Shown here in pieces: positions 51,587-61,911 of a stretch of 64,000 nucleotides of DNA. The stretch is from Candidatus Methanomethylophilaceae archaeon. GTDB lineage: Archaea > Thermoplasmatota > Thermoplasmata > Methanomassiliicoccales > Methanomethylophilaceae. The translations under genes were made by a program, and so were the position numbers. Within the stretch, counting starts at the first letter, position 1. Each line of letters opens with the position of its first letter. The notes beneath the pieces are model-generated. The model searched no databases. It was not told where the DNA came from and saw nothing but the letters and a program-made list of their open reading frames with translations. The stretch covers positions 480,001-544,000 of the forward strand of contig JBMNHS010000001.1 in the NCBI GenBank assembly GCA_050950505.1. Direction: 5' to 3'.

Positions 51587-53013
51587 TTACGATGAAGAAA
51601 AAGGAAAACTTCGGCGAGTGGTACAACGAGATAGTCGATACCGCGGAGTTGAGCGATAAAAGATACCCCATCAAGGGAATGAACGTATGGACGCCTTACG
51701 GCTGGAAAATCATGATGATGATCGATTCCTTCACCAGAAGGGAACTGAATGCCACGGGCCACGATGAAGTGAATTTTCCTCTGCTGATTCCCGAAACGGA
51801 ATTCAAGAAAGAAAAAGATCACATCAAAGGATTCGATTCCGAAGTTTATTGGGTAACCAAAGCCGGAGACAACGAACTTGACGTTCCTCTGGTCATCAGA
51901 CCCACTTCCGAAACCGCCATGTATCCCATGTTTTCACTCTGGGTGCGGTCCCATCAGGATCTGCCCCTGAAAATATTCCAAATCGTCAACACTTTCCGTT
52001 ATGAAACCAAGCAGACCCGTTCCTTCATAAGGGTCCGGGAGATTCACTTTTTCGAATCCCACACCTGCCACACGACGGAAGAGGACGCCCAACGTCAGAT
52101 TGAAGAAGACATAGTCATGCTGAAGAACATATCCAGAGAACTCTGTCTTCCCCATTTCCTTCTCGTGAGAACCGATTGGGACAAGTTCCCCGGAGCCCAC
52201 TACACCGTGGGAATCGACACCGTGATGCCTCATGGAAGAACTTTGCAGATCGGATCGATTCATCATTACAGAACCAATTTCTCCGTCCCTTACGACATAC
52301 AATACGAAGATCTGAACGGAGAACACAGATATGCCCACCAGACCACTTTCGGAATGAGCGAACGTCTTCTGGGGGCCGTCGTCGGAGTCCACGGGGATGA
52401 CAGCGGACTGATTCTTCCGCCGCCCATAGCGCCCTTCCAAGCGGTCATAATCCCGATAATATCCAAAAACAATCCGGAGGAAGTCCTTGATGTTTGCAGA
52501 ATGGTTACAGACATTCTGAGCAAAGACGGAATCAGGGTCAAACTGGACAACCGGAACCTGCGCCCCGGTGCGAAATACTACGATTGGGAGATGCGGGGCG
52601 TACCGCTGAGATTGGAAATAGGTGCCAGAGACGTAGAAAACAAACTGGTTTCCTTTGCAAGAAGAGACACCGGTGAAAAAGGGACCATGGATCTCAACGC
52701 AGTGTCCGCAGGCGCGAAACTGTTGCTGAATGATATTTCCGCGACTCTGTACCGCCGCGCGGCCGAAGTTCAGGAGTCCGCGGTCAGGGACATATCCGAT
52801 ATGTCCGAAGCCCCCGCGGAAAGTGATGAGACCAAGGATGATGTCATTCTGAGATTCGGTTGGTGCGGAAACGAGGACTGCGGTCACGGGTTCGAAGAAA
52901 CCACGGGATACAAGATTCTCGGAACCCCTTACGGCGCGGACGCCGTGAAATGCGAATGCATCGTTTGCGGAGCCCCCTCCGAAAAACAGGCTTACGCCGC
53001 TCACCCGATGTGA
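51583..53013 (+). CDS. proS: Prolyl-tRNA synthetase (archaeal type)
   Basis: RPTSET, FRYETK, KFPGA, HQTTFGMSER. Confidence 0.95.
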   Translation: MITMKKKENFGEWYNEIVDTAELSDKRYPIKGMNVWTPYGWKIMMMIDSFTRRELNATGHDEVNFPLLIPETEFKKEKDHIKGFDSEVYWVTKAGDNELDVPLVIRPTSETAMYPMFSLWVRSHQDLPLKIFQIVNTFRYETKQTRSFIRVREIHFFESHTCHTTEEDAQRQIEEDIVMLKNISRELCLPHFLLVRTDWDKFPGAHYTVGIDTVMPHGRTLQIGSIHHYRTNFSVPYDIQYEDLNGEHRYAHQTTFGMSERLLGAVVGVHGDDSGLILPPPIAPFQAVIIPIISKNNPEEVLDVCRMVTDILSKDGIRVKLDNRNLRPGAKYYDWEMRGVPLRLEIGARDVENKLVSFARRDTGEKGTMDLNAVSAGAKLLLNDISATLYRRAAEVQESAVRDISDMSEAPAESDETKDDVILRFGWCGNEDCGHGFEETTGYKILGTPYGADAVKCECIVCGAPSEKQAYAAHPM

Positions 53014-53018
53014 ATGCC

Positions 53019-53783
53019 ATGAAAGGATTCAACGAAGGGGAAACTGCTTTTCTCGAAGACGCAGGGGGTAAAAGATACTGGTTCAAGGTATCTTACAAAA
53101 TGATCAAAATTCCGTCTTTGGGAACCGTCGACGGCAAAAGGTTCGAAACCGCATATGACGGAAAAATCATGGAAATCGCCGATTCGGAATTCACGGTGTT
53201 CCGTCCCAAAGTGACCGAATTGATCGAATCCCTTGAAAGAGGGGCTCAGATAATCACTGTGAAAGACGCCGCCCAGATTCTGATCAACTGTGACGTGAAG
53301 AACGGAACGGAAGTCATTGAAGTGGGAGCAGGTTCCGGAGGACTTACCACCGCGCTGACGAATGCCGCAGCTCCGGACGGAAACGTTCTCACGGTCGAAC
53401 TCAAAGAGGAAAATGCAAAACGGGCGGGAAGGAATCTTGCCAGAACGGGATTGGACAAAAACTGGAGTTACGTAATCGGCGATGCGAAAGACGTGAAATT
53501 CGAAGGCATCGCGGACGTTCTGACTTTGGACATGCCCGACCCCTGGTTGGCTTTGGACAATCTCCTTCCGCACCTGAAATCCGGAGGTCGGATATGCATA
53601 TACGTTCCAAACGTGAACCAGTTGGAATCTTCCGTCATGGCATTGAGGGAAAGAGGATTTTCCCGCGTGCGGGCCTATGAAAACATCAATCGGGAAATGG
53701 AAGTCCATCCCGGCGGGGTAAGACCGTCCTTTGACACTCTGGGTCATACGGGATATCTCATATTCGGGCGGAAACGGGAATAA
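53019..53783 (+). CDS. trmI: tRNA m1A57/58 methyltransferase
   Basis: RGAQII..KD, EVGAGSG, LDMPDPW, RP.....GHTGYL. Confidence 0.9.
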   Translation: MKGFNEGETAFLEDAGGKRYWFKVSYKMIKIPSLGTVDGKRFETAYDGKIMEIADSEFTVFRPKVTELIESLERGAQIITVKDAAQILINCDVKNGTEVIEVGAGSGGLTTALTNAAAPDGNVLTVELKEENAKRAGRNLARTGLDKNWSYVIGDAKDVKFEGIADVLTLDMPDPWLALDNLLPHLKSGGRICIYVPNVNQLESSVMALRERGFSRVRAYENINREMEVHPGGVRPSFDTLGHTGYLIFGRKRE

Positions 53784-53831
53784 CGGGGTCCGATATAACT
53801 TATTAAACAATAATTCCTTTATCCGGTACAG

Positions 53832-53939
53832 ATGACAGTGGTCGGAACACGGATCCGGCCGAAAGGTGCGAACCTTCCGGAAGGACAAAATCCTTACGGA
53901 ACGGCGGAATGCAGCAATCGGTGTCCGGACAATCCCTGA
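53832..53939 (+). pseudogene. Probable degenerate purS remnant (35-codon ORF)
   Basis: MTVVGTRIRPKGANLPEGQN resembles the PurS N-terminus (..I.LK.GV.DPEG.) and ..NP*FQN resembles NPVI; located directly before purL. Confidence 0.4.
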
Positions 53940-53965
53940 TTTCAGAACCGCTGTGAGATGATCAT

Positions 53966-56299
53966 ATGGCAAAAGAACTATTGGTCAAACGCGACGCTCC
54001 ATACGAGCTCTACGAAGTAAAACTTCTCGACGCAACCGACGAGGAAATGAAGAAGATATCCGACGACATGTCGTTGAATCTGTCTCTTGATGAGATGAAA
54101 GTCATAAAGGAATATTTTGCCAATGAAGGCCGCAATCCCGTTGACGTGGAACTGCAGTCTCTCGGTCAGGCATGGAGCGAGCATTGCTGTTACAAAAGTT
54201 CCAAAGCCATTCTGAAAGAATTCGTGTTCGGCATAGACCGTGACGATGTGCTCTCCCGGGGAGACGCCGGAGTCATGACCTTTGACGAAGAACACGGATA
54301 CGCGCTCAGAATCGAAAGCCACAACCACCCTTCCGCGATAGAACCCTACGGCGGAGCCGGGACCGGAGTGGGAGGAATTCTCAGGGACGTCATCTGCATG
54401 GGAGCCAAGCCCATAGGATTGGGGGATCCGCTGTGTTTCGGATACCCCGACAGGAAAGGAGAGCTTCCAGCAGGCGCGAAACATCCCAAAGAACTCATGA
54501 AAGGCGCCGTAGCCGGAATAAGGGACTACAGCAAAATCGTGGGTGTCCCCGCAATCACAGGAGGGATGTTCTTTGACGAACGTTACACAAACAACTGTCT
54601 CGTGAACGTCTCATGCATAGGATTTCTCAGACTGGAAAATCTTTTGAACAACTTTGCCGGAGGCCCCGGAGAAACAATGATTCTGATCGGCGGCAAAACC
54701 GGAAGAGACGGAATACACGGAGTGAACTTCTCCTCTCAGGAGTTGGACGAAGGCCTTTGTGAAAAAACCGCTCCTGTTCAGCAAGGCGATCCCGTGATCA
54801 AGAAAGCCGTAATGCAATCCTGTCTGGAAGTCAGTGACAAACATCTTGCCACCGGAATGAAGGATCTGGGCGGGGGAGGCCTCAGCTGTGTCGTGGGCGA
54901 AATGGCATTGGACGGAGGCTGCGGCGCGGACATCGATTTGGAAAAGGTTCCGCTTAAGGAACCCGGGCTCGCCCCCTGGGAGATATGGATTTCAGAATCC
55001 CAGGAAAGGATGATGTGTACCTGCAAGCCTGAAAATCTGGACGAGGTTCTTGAAATTTTCAAATCGTATGACGTGATTGCGGTTCCCGTCGGAGTCACCA
55101 ACGAATCAAAGCGCACCCGCATATTCTGGGAAGGCGAACAGATATTCGAAATGGATCAGAAATTCCTTACCACGGGTCCGATGTATCACAGACCGTACAC
55201 TCAACCCAAAGTTTCCACTATGGAAGAGGAACGCACGCCCCGTTTGCCGGATGACAGAAAAGTCATACTCAGACTGTTGTCAGACCCCAACGTCGCGTCA
55301 AAGGAATGGATAATCAATCAATATGACAATGAAAACGGCGAATCGACCGCCGTATCCTCCCTGGTGGGAGATCCCGATGCACCCGGTCCCGGCGATGCCA
55401 CGGTCATCAGACCCGTACCGGGAAGCACCAAGGGCTTGGCCGCCGCAATCGGCTGCAATCCCTGGTTCACCGAACTCGATCCGTACAACGGAGGAATGTC
55501 CTCCATGGACGAGGCCTGGCGGAACGTGGTGGCGGCGGGTGCGGTTCCGAACGCGATGACCGACTGTCTCAACTTCGGAAATCCGGAAAAACCCGACAGA
55601 CTCGGGATACTCAGAGAAGCCGTCCGCGGCATAGGAAAATTCGCAAGGGAACTGAACATACCCATACCTTCAGGGAATGTGAGCCTGTACAACGAATCGT
55701 CCGCAGGCGTGTCCGTGCTGCCGACGCCCATGATAATGTGCTGTGGCATAATCGATGACGCATCCAAAGCCGTAACCGCCGATTTCAAAGAACCGGACAA
55801 CAGAATTTACGTAATCGGCAAAACCAAGGAAGAGATGGGCGGATCTCTGCTGTACCGCGTGTTCGGAGGAAAACAGGGCAAGGTTCCCGGCGTCAGCACC
55901 AAGAACGTCAGGGATCTGACCGACAAGGTTCTGAAGGCCATGGACGAAGGACTGATAAAATCCTGCCATGACTGTTCCGACGGAGGTCTTGCGGTCGCGG
56001 TTGCGGAAATGTGCATATCCGGAAAAATGGGCGCCACGCTCGACCTCAGGACTCTGGAAGACGTTTCTCCCAGAAAGGCGCTTTATTCCGAAAGCAACAC
56101 CAGATGGATTGCGGAAGTATCCGAAAAGGACGCTCAACGGTTTGAAGAAATAATGAACGGTTCCGCTTACCGTATCGGAAAGACCGGCGGCAAATCTCTG
56201 AATCTGAGGGATTCCGGCACAATCATCGATTTGGAAGAACTGTACGAGGCCTGGAGCAAACCCATAGCGAAGATTATGGAAAGTTCCGATTCCGAATAA
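53966..56299 (+). CDS. purL: FGAM synthase large subunit (small-type PurL)
   Basis: WSEHCCYKSS, ESHNHPS, KTGRDG, DLGGGG, SESQERM, DCLNFGNP, SGNVSLYN, HDCSDGG. Confidence 0.92.
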   Translation: MAKELLVKRDAPYELYEVKLLDATDEEMKKISDDMSLNLSLDEMKVIKEYFANEGRNPVDVELQSLGQAWSEHCCYKSSKAILKEFVFGIDRDDVLSRGDAGVMTFDEEHGYALRIESHNHPSAIEPYGGAGTGVGGILRDVICMGAKPIGLGDPLCFGYPDRKGELPAGAKHPKELMKGAVAGIRDYSKIVGVPAITGGMFFDERYTNNCLVNVSCIGFLRLENLLNNFAGGPGETMILIGGKTGRDGIHGVNFSSQELDEGLCEKTAPVQQGDPVIKKAVMQSCLEVSDKHLATGMKDLGGGGLSCVVGEMALDGGCGADIDLEKVPLKEPGLAPWEIWISESQERMMCTCKPENLDEVLEIFKSYDVIAVPVGVTNESKRTRIFWEGEQIFEMDQKFLTTGPMYHRPYTQPKVSTMEEERTPRLPDDRKVILRLLSDPNVASKEWIINQYDNENGESTAVSSLVGDPDAPGPGDATVIRPVPGSTKGLAAAIGCNPWFTELDPYNGGMSSMDEAWRNVVAAGAVPNAMTDCLNFGNPEKPDRLGILREAVRGIGKFARELNIPIPSGNVSLYNESSAGVSVLPTPMIMCCGIIDDASKAVTADFKEPDNRIYVIGKTKEEMGGSLLYRVFGGKQGKVPGVSTKNVRDLTDKVLKAMDEGLIKSCHDCSDGGLAVAVAEMCISGKMGATLDLRTLEDVSPRKALYSESNTRWIAEVSEKDAQRFEEIMNGSAYRIGKTGGKSLNLRDSGTIIDLEELYEAWSKPIAKIMESSDSE

Positions 56300-56328
56300 G
56301 ATCTCCGAAAAATCAAAACAACCAATTA

Positions 56329-56344
56329 CCCGGCGGAAGCCGGG
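56329..56344. terminator. GC hairpin between convergent genes
   Basis: CCCGGC-GGAA-GCCGGG. Confidence 0.6.
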
Positions 56345-56399
56345 AATTTCTATTTATCAATAAATCAACGTATCTTCTTCGTAAATCACGGATTAACGT

Positions 56400-57056
56400 T
56401 CAGATTTCGATTCTGACTTCGACAGGATCTTTGTCCTTGAGGCTCAGAGTGCGTCTGAGATGGTATTGGCAAACGACTTCCACAATGTCGGAATAATGGG
56501 ATCTCTCGGGCATGACGATTGCACAGTCGATGTTCTTTATCTTTGCCTTGTGGGCGATTACGTTGCCGAAGGAACGTCCTTCTGCTTCGAATTCTCTGAT
56601 CAATTGTCCGGCGGAGCTTCTCAGAACATCAAGTTTTCCGAGATCCTCTTTGTCTACCGTAATGTTCAAAGTTCCTTCGAAAGGACGGAATCCAAGGGTC
56701 TTTTCGAACTGTTCGACGTACCGGGGCTGTGAAATATAGTATCCGCCCTGGCCCATGCCGGTTGTGATACGGCCTTTCAATGTCATGTGGTCCGTGAGTT
56801 CAAAAATTCTGCGGTATTCGTTGTATTCGTTCTTCAACCAGTTCACTCCGTTTTCCGTCAGCTTGATGCGCTGTCTTCTGGCACCGAGGTCCCGTACAAT
56901 ATATTTTCCGTCCAGAAGTTCCAAAATTCTTTTGGAAGCGGACTGCTGACTCATGTTCAGCGCATCCCCCAGTTCTCTGGAAGACACCGCTATGTAATCA
57001 TGCACACCGCCGAGCAAAGCGATTTTTTTCAGAGTAGAAGTATACTTTTCGTCCAC
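56400..57056 (-). CDS. ribK: CTP-dependent riboflavin kinase with N-terminal wHTH (RbkR-type)
   Basis: SQQSASKR HTH, GMGQG.YY, PFEGTLN, P.RSHY, LR..L.LKD. Confidence 0.9.
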   Translation of the reverse strand: MDEKYTSTLKKIALLGGVHDYIAVSSRELGDALNMSQQSASKRILELLDGKYIVRDLGARRQRIKLTENGVNWLKNEYNEYRRIFELTDHMTLKGRITTGMGQGGYYISQPRYVEQFEKTLGFRPFEGTLNITVDKEDLGKLDVLRSSAGQLIREFEAEGRSFGNVIAHKAKIKNIDCAIVMPERSHYSDIVEVVCQYHLRRTLSLKDKDPVEVRIEI

Positions 57057-57181
57057 AGACAGAAATGCGAAAAATCAGTTATAAATCTACCGATTTTTTT
57101 GTTAACACCATTAATTTGGTAGATTCAGATAATAATCGGAGAATGAACGGCCTGCCGGATTATTCCGGCAAGCTGTTTTTA

Positions 57182-57562
57182 TCAGTTTTGTTTGCCGATT
57201 CTGTTCGCTTTGATCCAAAGTCCGGTTTTGCGGTTGGCGGCAACCAACACAATCACCATGGCGATGACTGCCATGGCGGAACCCAGCCATTTGTCGATAT
57301 TGCCGTACAGAATCATTGCAATGCAAATTCCCGTGGTCACTGCGGCAATACCCGTAACGACTCCCCATGTGCCGTTGCCGTTGGGTGCGAAACCCCCGCC
57401 GAGCACCAGGAAGAGTATCATCACGAGTAGACAAATTCCGACGTTAATTACCGAGCTTTCAGTGCTGTCATAGGCGTAAATGGAAGCCAGAATTGCCAAC
57501 AATCCACCCAGAATTCCAAGCAAGAAGCCGAATTTTACAACTTTTGGTCTTTTGTCTATCAT
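57182..57562 (-). CDS. Hypothetical membrane protein
   Basis: Four hydrophobic segments; hairpin TGCCGGA-TTAT-TCCGGCA (57153-57170) downstream. Confidence 0.65.
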   Translation of the reverse strand: MIDKRPKVVKFGFLLGILGGLLAILASIYAYDSTESSVINVGICLLVMILFLVLGGGFAPNGNGTWGVVTGIAAVTTGICIAMILYGNIDKWLGSAMAVIAMVIVLVAANRKTGLWIKANRIGKQN

Positions 57563-57602
57563 GTGTATTACCTTGTTCGAGATTCATTTACTCTTATTTA
57601 TT

Positions 57603-58157
57603 TCAAGCGCAGAGCGCTCTGACACCTCTGAGCAGCAACCATGCGGATCCGAGAATCAGGAACCATATCTGATAGATGCCCGGTTCGCAAACCAATATCA
57701 TGGCAAGCGTCGAAATCAGGAATATGATTGACAGGGACCCGAACAGCATACGGCGGTTGTCTTCGAAATCGTCATATATGGAACATATCACGGCAAGGAA
57801 AAATGACAGAGTGGCCAATTTTATCGAAATATCGAAAATCTCATCCCCCATTCCGAAGATAGCGGCCCAGACGATGAAAATACCCACAAGAACAAGGAAC
57901 AGCCCCTCTCCGATTCTGCCGGGACGGCCTTTTTCAAACCTGCCTATGGCAGAGAATGCCAACAGTAATCCCCCTGCGGCACCGCCTATGAAGAGATATC
58001 TCGAGGCATCGGAATCAATGAGATCGGTTACAAGAGTCTCGCCGTAAACCCAATCCGAGTACTCAACGACAGTCAACATCAACATCAGTATGAACAAGGA
58101 TACAGCCAGAAATCCCAGCATTGAATATCCCGGACTGCACTTTTTTTCTGATACCAT
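57603..58157 (-). CDS. Hypothetical membrane protein (DUF998-like)
   Basis: About six TM segments; W......TDL pattern after the first helix. Confidence 0.6.
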   Translation of the reverse strand: MVSEKKCSPGYSMLGFLAVSLFILMLMLTVVEYSDWVYGETLVTDLIDSDASRYLFIGGAAGGLLLAFSAIGRFEKGRPGRIGEGLFLVLVGIFIVWAAIFGMGDEIFDISIKLATLSFFLAVICSIYDDFEDNRRMLFGSLSIIFLISTLAMILVCEPGIYQIWFLILGSAWLLLRGVRALCA

Positions 58158-58470
58158 GTGCCATAATCATTAATGGAGTTAATAACATTAATCGTTATTA
58201 CTGCCGTCTGTCGAATCAATCACGATGCCTTCGGACCGTGGGTGAATATACGCATACAATCGGAAAACCGGCACGGTCCACATAGGAAAATCGGTATTTA
58301 TCATCAACAAATGATAAAAATAATCTTCGTTCGCAATGCAGATTGTGTGCCCGCAACCGATTTTACGGTTTTTATCGGGATGGCGATACGGACATTCCGA
58401 CGGTACCAATCCCCGCCGGCCCAATCTGAAATTAATCAAACTTAAATCACTGCACCCAATCACGCTCTGT

Positions 58471-59247
58471 ATGAAGAAGATATTTTTTGTCGGCACCGCC
58501 GGTTGCGGAAAAAGCACCTTGGTTGCCGCGTACAAAGAGTGGCTTGAAGAACAGGGCGTGGATGCCCTGATTCTCAATCTCGACCCGGGATCCGATGTTT
58601 TGCCGTATCAGCCCGATGTGGACATAAGGGAATGGGTAAGTACCGCCGACGTCATGGAAGAATACGGATTGGGTCCCAACGGTGCGCAGATTGTTGCCGC
58701 GGACATCATGGCTCTGAACATAGATCGGATGACCGATGTGCTGGGAAGCATGAGATCCGACTATCTTCTAGTGGACACCCCCGGACAGTTGGAACTCTTC
58801 GCATTCCGGGAATCTTCCAAAATGACCGTCGAATCCCTCGGTGCCGAAGATTCCATGATTGTGTATCTTTCCGATCCTTCCCTGTGCAAAGATCCAAACG
58901 GGTTCGTGACGTCAATGATGCTGTCTTCCCTTGTTCAATTCCGGCTTCAGTTGCCGACATTCGGATTTTTGTCAAAATCCGACATTCTTTCGGAAGAAGA
59001 GAAAGACAGGGTCATAGGATGGTTCACCGATTCGGATTCACTGTATTTCGATCTGTTGGACCAGGACTCAGAACCTCAAACTGTCGTGGGTATGGAACTT
59101 TTCAAAGCGATGGAATCCATGGGTATATTCGGTCAGGTGAGAGCCGTCTCCGCCGAAATGTCCCAGGGCATGGATGAAATATACGCCGCGGTGCAACTGG
59201 CGTTCTTCGGCGGAGAAGATTCGGACATCATGAGTCCCAACGACTGA
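58471..59247 (+). CDS. GPN-loop GTPase
   Basis: GTAGCGKST, NLDP, LGPNGA, DTPGQLE. Confidence 0.92.
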   Translation: MKKIFFVGTAGCGKSTLVAAYKEWLEEQGVDALILNLDPGSDVLPYQPDVDIREWVSTADVMEEYGLGPNGAQIVAADIMALNIDRMTDVLGSMRSDYLLVDTPGQLELFAFRESSKMTVESLGAEDSMIVYLSDPSLCKDPNGFVTSMMLSSLVQFRLQLPTFGFLSKSDILSEEEKDRVIGWFTDSDSLYFDLLDQDSEPQTVVGMELFKAMESMGIFGQVRAVSAEMSQGMDEIYAAVQLAFFGGEDSDIMSPND

Positions 59248-59248
59248 T

Positions 59249-60457
59249 TCATCCGAACATATAGGCCGGCACGGCCTTGACTTTGTTCCGTCCGGCCTCC
59301 ATGACCTTTTCCTTGCCTCTCATGAAGTCGCTCATGGTGACGGTGTCTCTTCCGTCCCTGATTGTCAGCATACCGGCTTCGGTGCAGATGCTCTTGATTT
59401 CGGCACCGGACGCGGTATCCGTGATATCGGCGAGAACTCTGAGATCCACATCATCGTCGATGTTCATGTAGGAAGTGTGAATTCCGAAAATCTGGAAACG
59501 CCCTTCGGTGTCCGGAAGTCCGATGTCAATGATTCTGTCGAATCTTCCCGGCCTCAGCAAAGCATCGTCCAGAATATCCGGTCTGTTGGTGGCACCGATG
59601 ATTTTCACGTCTCCCGTGGGCGTGAATCCGTCAAGTTCCGCAAGAAGCTGCATCAACGTCCTCTGAACCTCACGGTCGCCGGAAGTGGCGGAATCCAATC
59701 TCTTGGCTCCCACGGAGTCAAGCTCGTCTATGAATATGATGCTGGGGGCTTTGGTTCTGGCAAGTTCGAACAGTTCACGTACCAGTCTGGCACCTTCTCC
59801 GATATATTTCTGGACCAGTTCGGAACCGACCAATCTTATGAAAGATGCGTCGGTGGCGCTGGCGACGGCCTTTGCCATAAGCGTTTTGCCGGTTCCCGGG
59901 GGACCCACAAGCAAAACTCCCTTGGGCGGTTCGATACCGACCTTGGCATAAAGTTCCGGCCTCAGAAGCGGATCTTCCACGGCTTCGCGGAGTTCAAGGA
60001 TTTCGTTGTCCAATCCCCCTATGTCCTCATATGAAATATGGGGCCTGTCGATAATCTCGGCGCCCGTAATCACGGGATCCAAGGAAGACGGAAGCACATT
60101 CATCAAAGCCAGCGTCTGCTTGTTGAGGGAAACTCTGACTCCGGGGAGCAAATCGGATTTTGGAACGTATTCCGAAACGGAAACTATGAAATCGGGGCCG
60201 GTGGAACTTTTGACGATGACTCTGCCGTCCGGCAGAACGTCTTTGAGGGACCCTATTATCAACGGGGGGCTTCTGAGCCTTTCCAGCTCGGTCCTTACAC
60301 GGGTAAGGTCCTTTTGCAATCTGAACAGTTCGCTTTCGGAATAACGTTTTTCGGTTTCTGCTTTCTGGAGATCCTCCATCAAGCGTACGTTGCGCTCTTC
60401 AAGCGAGATTATTTTCGCCCTGAGTTCCACGGTCTGTTCATCCATACCTTCCGCCAT
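59249..60457 (-). CDS. pan: Proteasome-activating nucleotidase
   Basis: Coiled coil plus OB fold, [28 protein letters not shown]. Confidence 0.95.
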   Translation of the reverse strand: MAEGMDEQTVELRAKIISLEERNVRLMEDLQKAETEKRYSESELFRLQKDLTRVRTELERLRSPPLIIGSLKDVLPDGRVIVKSSTGPDFIVSVSEYVPKSDLLPGVRVSLNKQTLALMNVLPSSLDPVITGAEIIDRPHISYEDIGGLDNEILELREAVEDPLLRPELYAKVGIEPPKGVLLVGPPGTGKTLMAKAVASATDASFIRLVGSELVQKYIGEGARLVRELFELARTKAPSIIFIDELDSVGAKRLDSATSGDREVQRTLMQLLAELDGFTPTGDVKIIGATNRPDILDDALLRPGRFDRIIDIGLPDTEGRFQIFGIHTSYMNIDDDVDLRVLADITDTASGAEIKSICTEAGMLTIRDGRDTVTMSDFMRGKEKVMEAGRNKVKAVPAYMFG

Positions 60458-60567
60458 AGTATCCTACTTGATTATGCGCTCACATTTTTATTACTTTTCG
60501 TTCTCAATCGGTGTTAAACCCATCGGAACCGCAGTTATTAACTATAAAGTGAGCCTAATTATGAGTA

Positions 60568-61059
60568 ATGCTCTGCGAATTATGTGGTAAGGATGTTCCG
60601 TTCACAAGGTCCGTCGTGATCGGAGGCGCCAGATTGGAAGCATGCCCCGAATGTGCTAAATTCGGGGAAGACAGAGGTTCCGCACCTTCCGACGGTTCCA
60701 CCGGAGGAAACAGGGCGGTAATCGAGCAGAGGCTTGAAAGGCGTCAGAAAAGAATGGGCACCAAAGACGTTTACGCCCAGGCGAAGTCCGTCGAAATAAT
60801 TGAGAATTACGGCACTGTGATACGTAAAGCCAGAGAATCCAAGGGAATGGATTTGGAACAGTTCTCGAAATCCATAAACGAGAAAAAGGGAACCATGGCC
60901 AAAATAGAAACCAACGATCTCATTCCCGATGACAAACTGGCCAAGAAAATCGAAAGGGCTCTGGACATCAAGCTTTTCGATACGGTATCGTCGGGTTTGA
61001 TACAGTCCTCCGGAGGTTCCGGCGGAAAAATGACTCTCGGGGATTTTATCAAAAAGTGA
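60568..61059 (+). CDS. Multiprotein bridging factor aMBF1
   Basis: CELCG/CPEC zinc ribbon, HTH, C-terminal TLGD. Confidence 0.9.
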   Translation: MLCELCGKDVPFTRSVVIGGARLEACPECAKFGEDRGSAPSDGSTGGNRAVIEQRLERRQKRMGTKDVYAQAKSVEIIENYGTVIRKARESKGMDLEQFSKSINEKKGTMAKIETNDLIPDDKLAKKIERALDIKLFDTVSSGLIQSSGGSGGKMTLGDFIKK

Positions 61060-61067
61060 AACGTCGG

Positions 61068-61574
61068 TCACTTACCGATCACGGTTTCACGGACTCTTCC
61101 GTAAAGTCCGGACACGTCGGCACCGATGGTTCTCAGAACCATCATGCCGGCGACTTCGATGTCCACGTCCAGTTTTTTCTGCATAAGGTTGCAGGCGGCG
61201 ATGTATCCTGCTCTTCTCATTCCCGATTTTTCGGCTATGGCCATCATCTCGGCGAATACGTTGTCTTCGGATTGCGGTGTTTCAACGGGTTTGGAATCCG
61301 CAGGAGTGCCGGCAATGCGTTTTACAAAATCCGGGGACGGTCGGTACGCCATGGGAACATCAACTTCGGAAATGTCAAATTTCGGTCTCAGGTATCCGTC
61401 CTTCAGCTCCAATATCCCCGCGGACTTCATCGCATTCACGAGAGCCCCCGCTTCCTTCACGGTCATCCATCTCAGATCCAGGGAAACACCCATGGTGAAT
61501 TCCTTTTCGGCGATGACGTCCCTGCCTTTGCTGCGGAAGAATGCCGCCGCGCATACAGTCATATCTTCAACCAT
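61068..61574 (-). CDS. DUF2240-like protein
   Basis: EF...SLDLRW, L.P.FD...V.VP..YRP. Confidence 0.75.
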   Translation of the reverse strand: MVEDMTVCAAAFFRSKGRDVIAEKEFTMGVSLDLRWMTVKEAGALVNAMKSAGILELKDGYLRPKFDISEVDVPMAYRPSPDFVKRIAGTPADSKPVETPQSEDNVFAEMMAIAEKSGMRRAGYIAACNLMQKKLDVDIEVAGMMVLRTIGADVSGLYGRVRETVIGK

Positions 61575-61727
61575 TGCGACACCAAATCAATCTCTCCGAT
61601 ATTATCGTTACCCGTACATCTCTCGCGCGCGTGCGTTATTTGAGTTAAACTAACAATAAGAAAAGAGCTGTTTTTACAAAAGCTTTATATTGAGTTCCCT
61701 GATAGAGGGACATCCTGTGTGGTGAAC

Positions 61728-61898
61728 ATGAAATACACTAGATTCGAAAAAGCTAGGATTATCGGTTCGAGGGCGTTGCAGATTTCATATGGCGCTCCGG
61801 TTCTCGTAGATTATCCCGAGAAAATGATTGATCCAATCGACATTGCCATGCTGGAATACGATAATGACATGATTCCGATCACTGTCGTCAGGGAATAA
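61728..61898 (+). CDS. rpoK: RNA polymerase subunit K (Rpo6), 56 aa, absent from ORF track
   Basis: [24 protein letters not shown]...PIDIA..E....IPITV. Confidence 0.95.
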   Translation: MKYTRFEKARIIGSRALQISYGAPVLVDYPEKMIDPIDIAMLEYDNDMIPITVVRE

Positions 61899-61911
61899 GA
61901 GGCACATTTAC

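Noticed and set aside
53855-53890. Glycine riboswitch (GCCGAAAGG...AAGGAC resemblance)
   Set aside because: It lacks the GGAGA and CUCUCAGG core elements; it does not match ZTP or PRPP riboswitch consensus as I recall them either.
51934-53972. Long antisense ORFs (356 aa and 323 aa here, similar ones at 34897-35883 and 48218-49135)
   Set aside because: They are shadows of conserved sense-strand genes and have no recognisable motifs.
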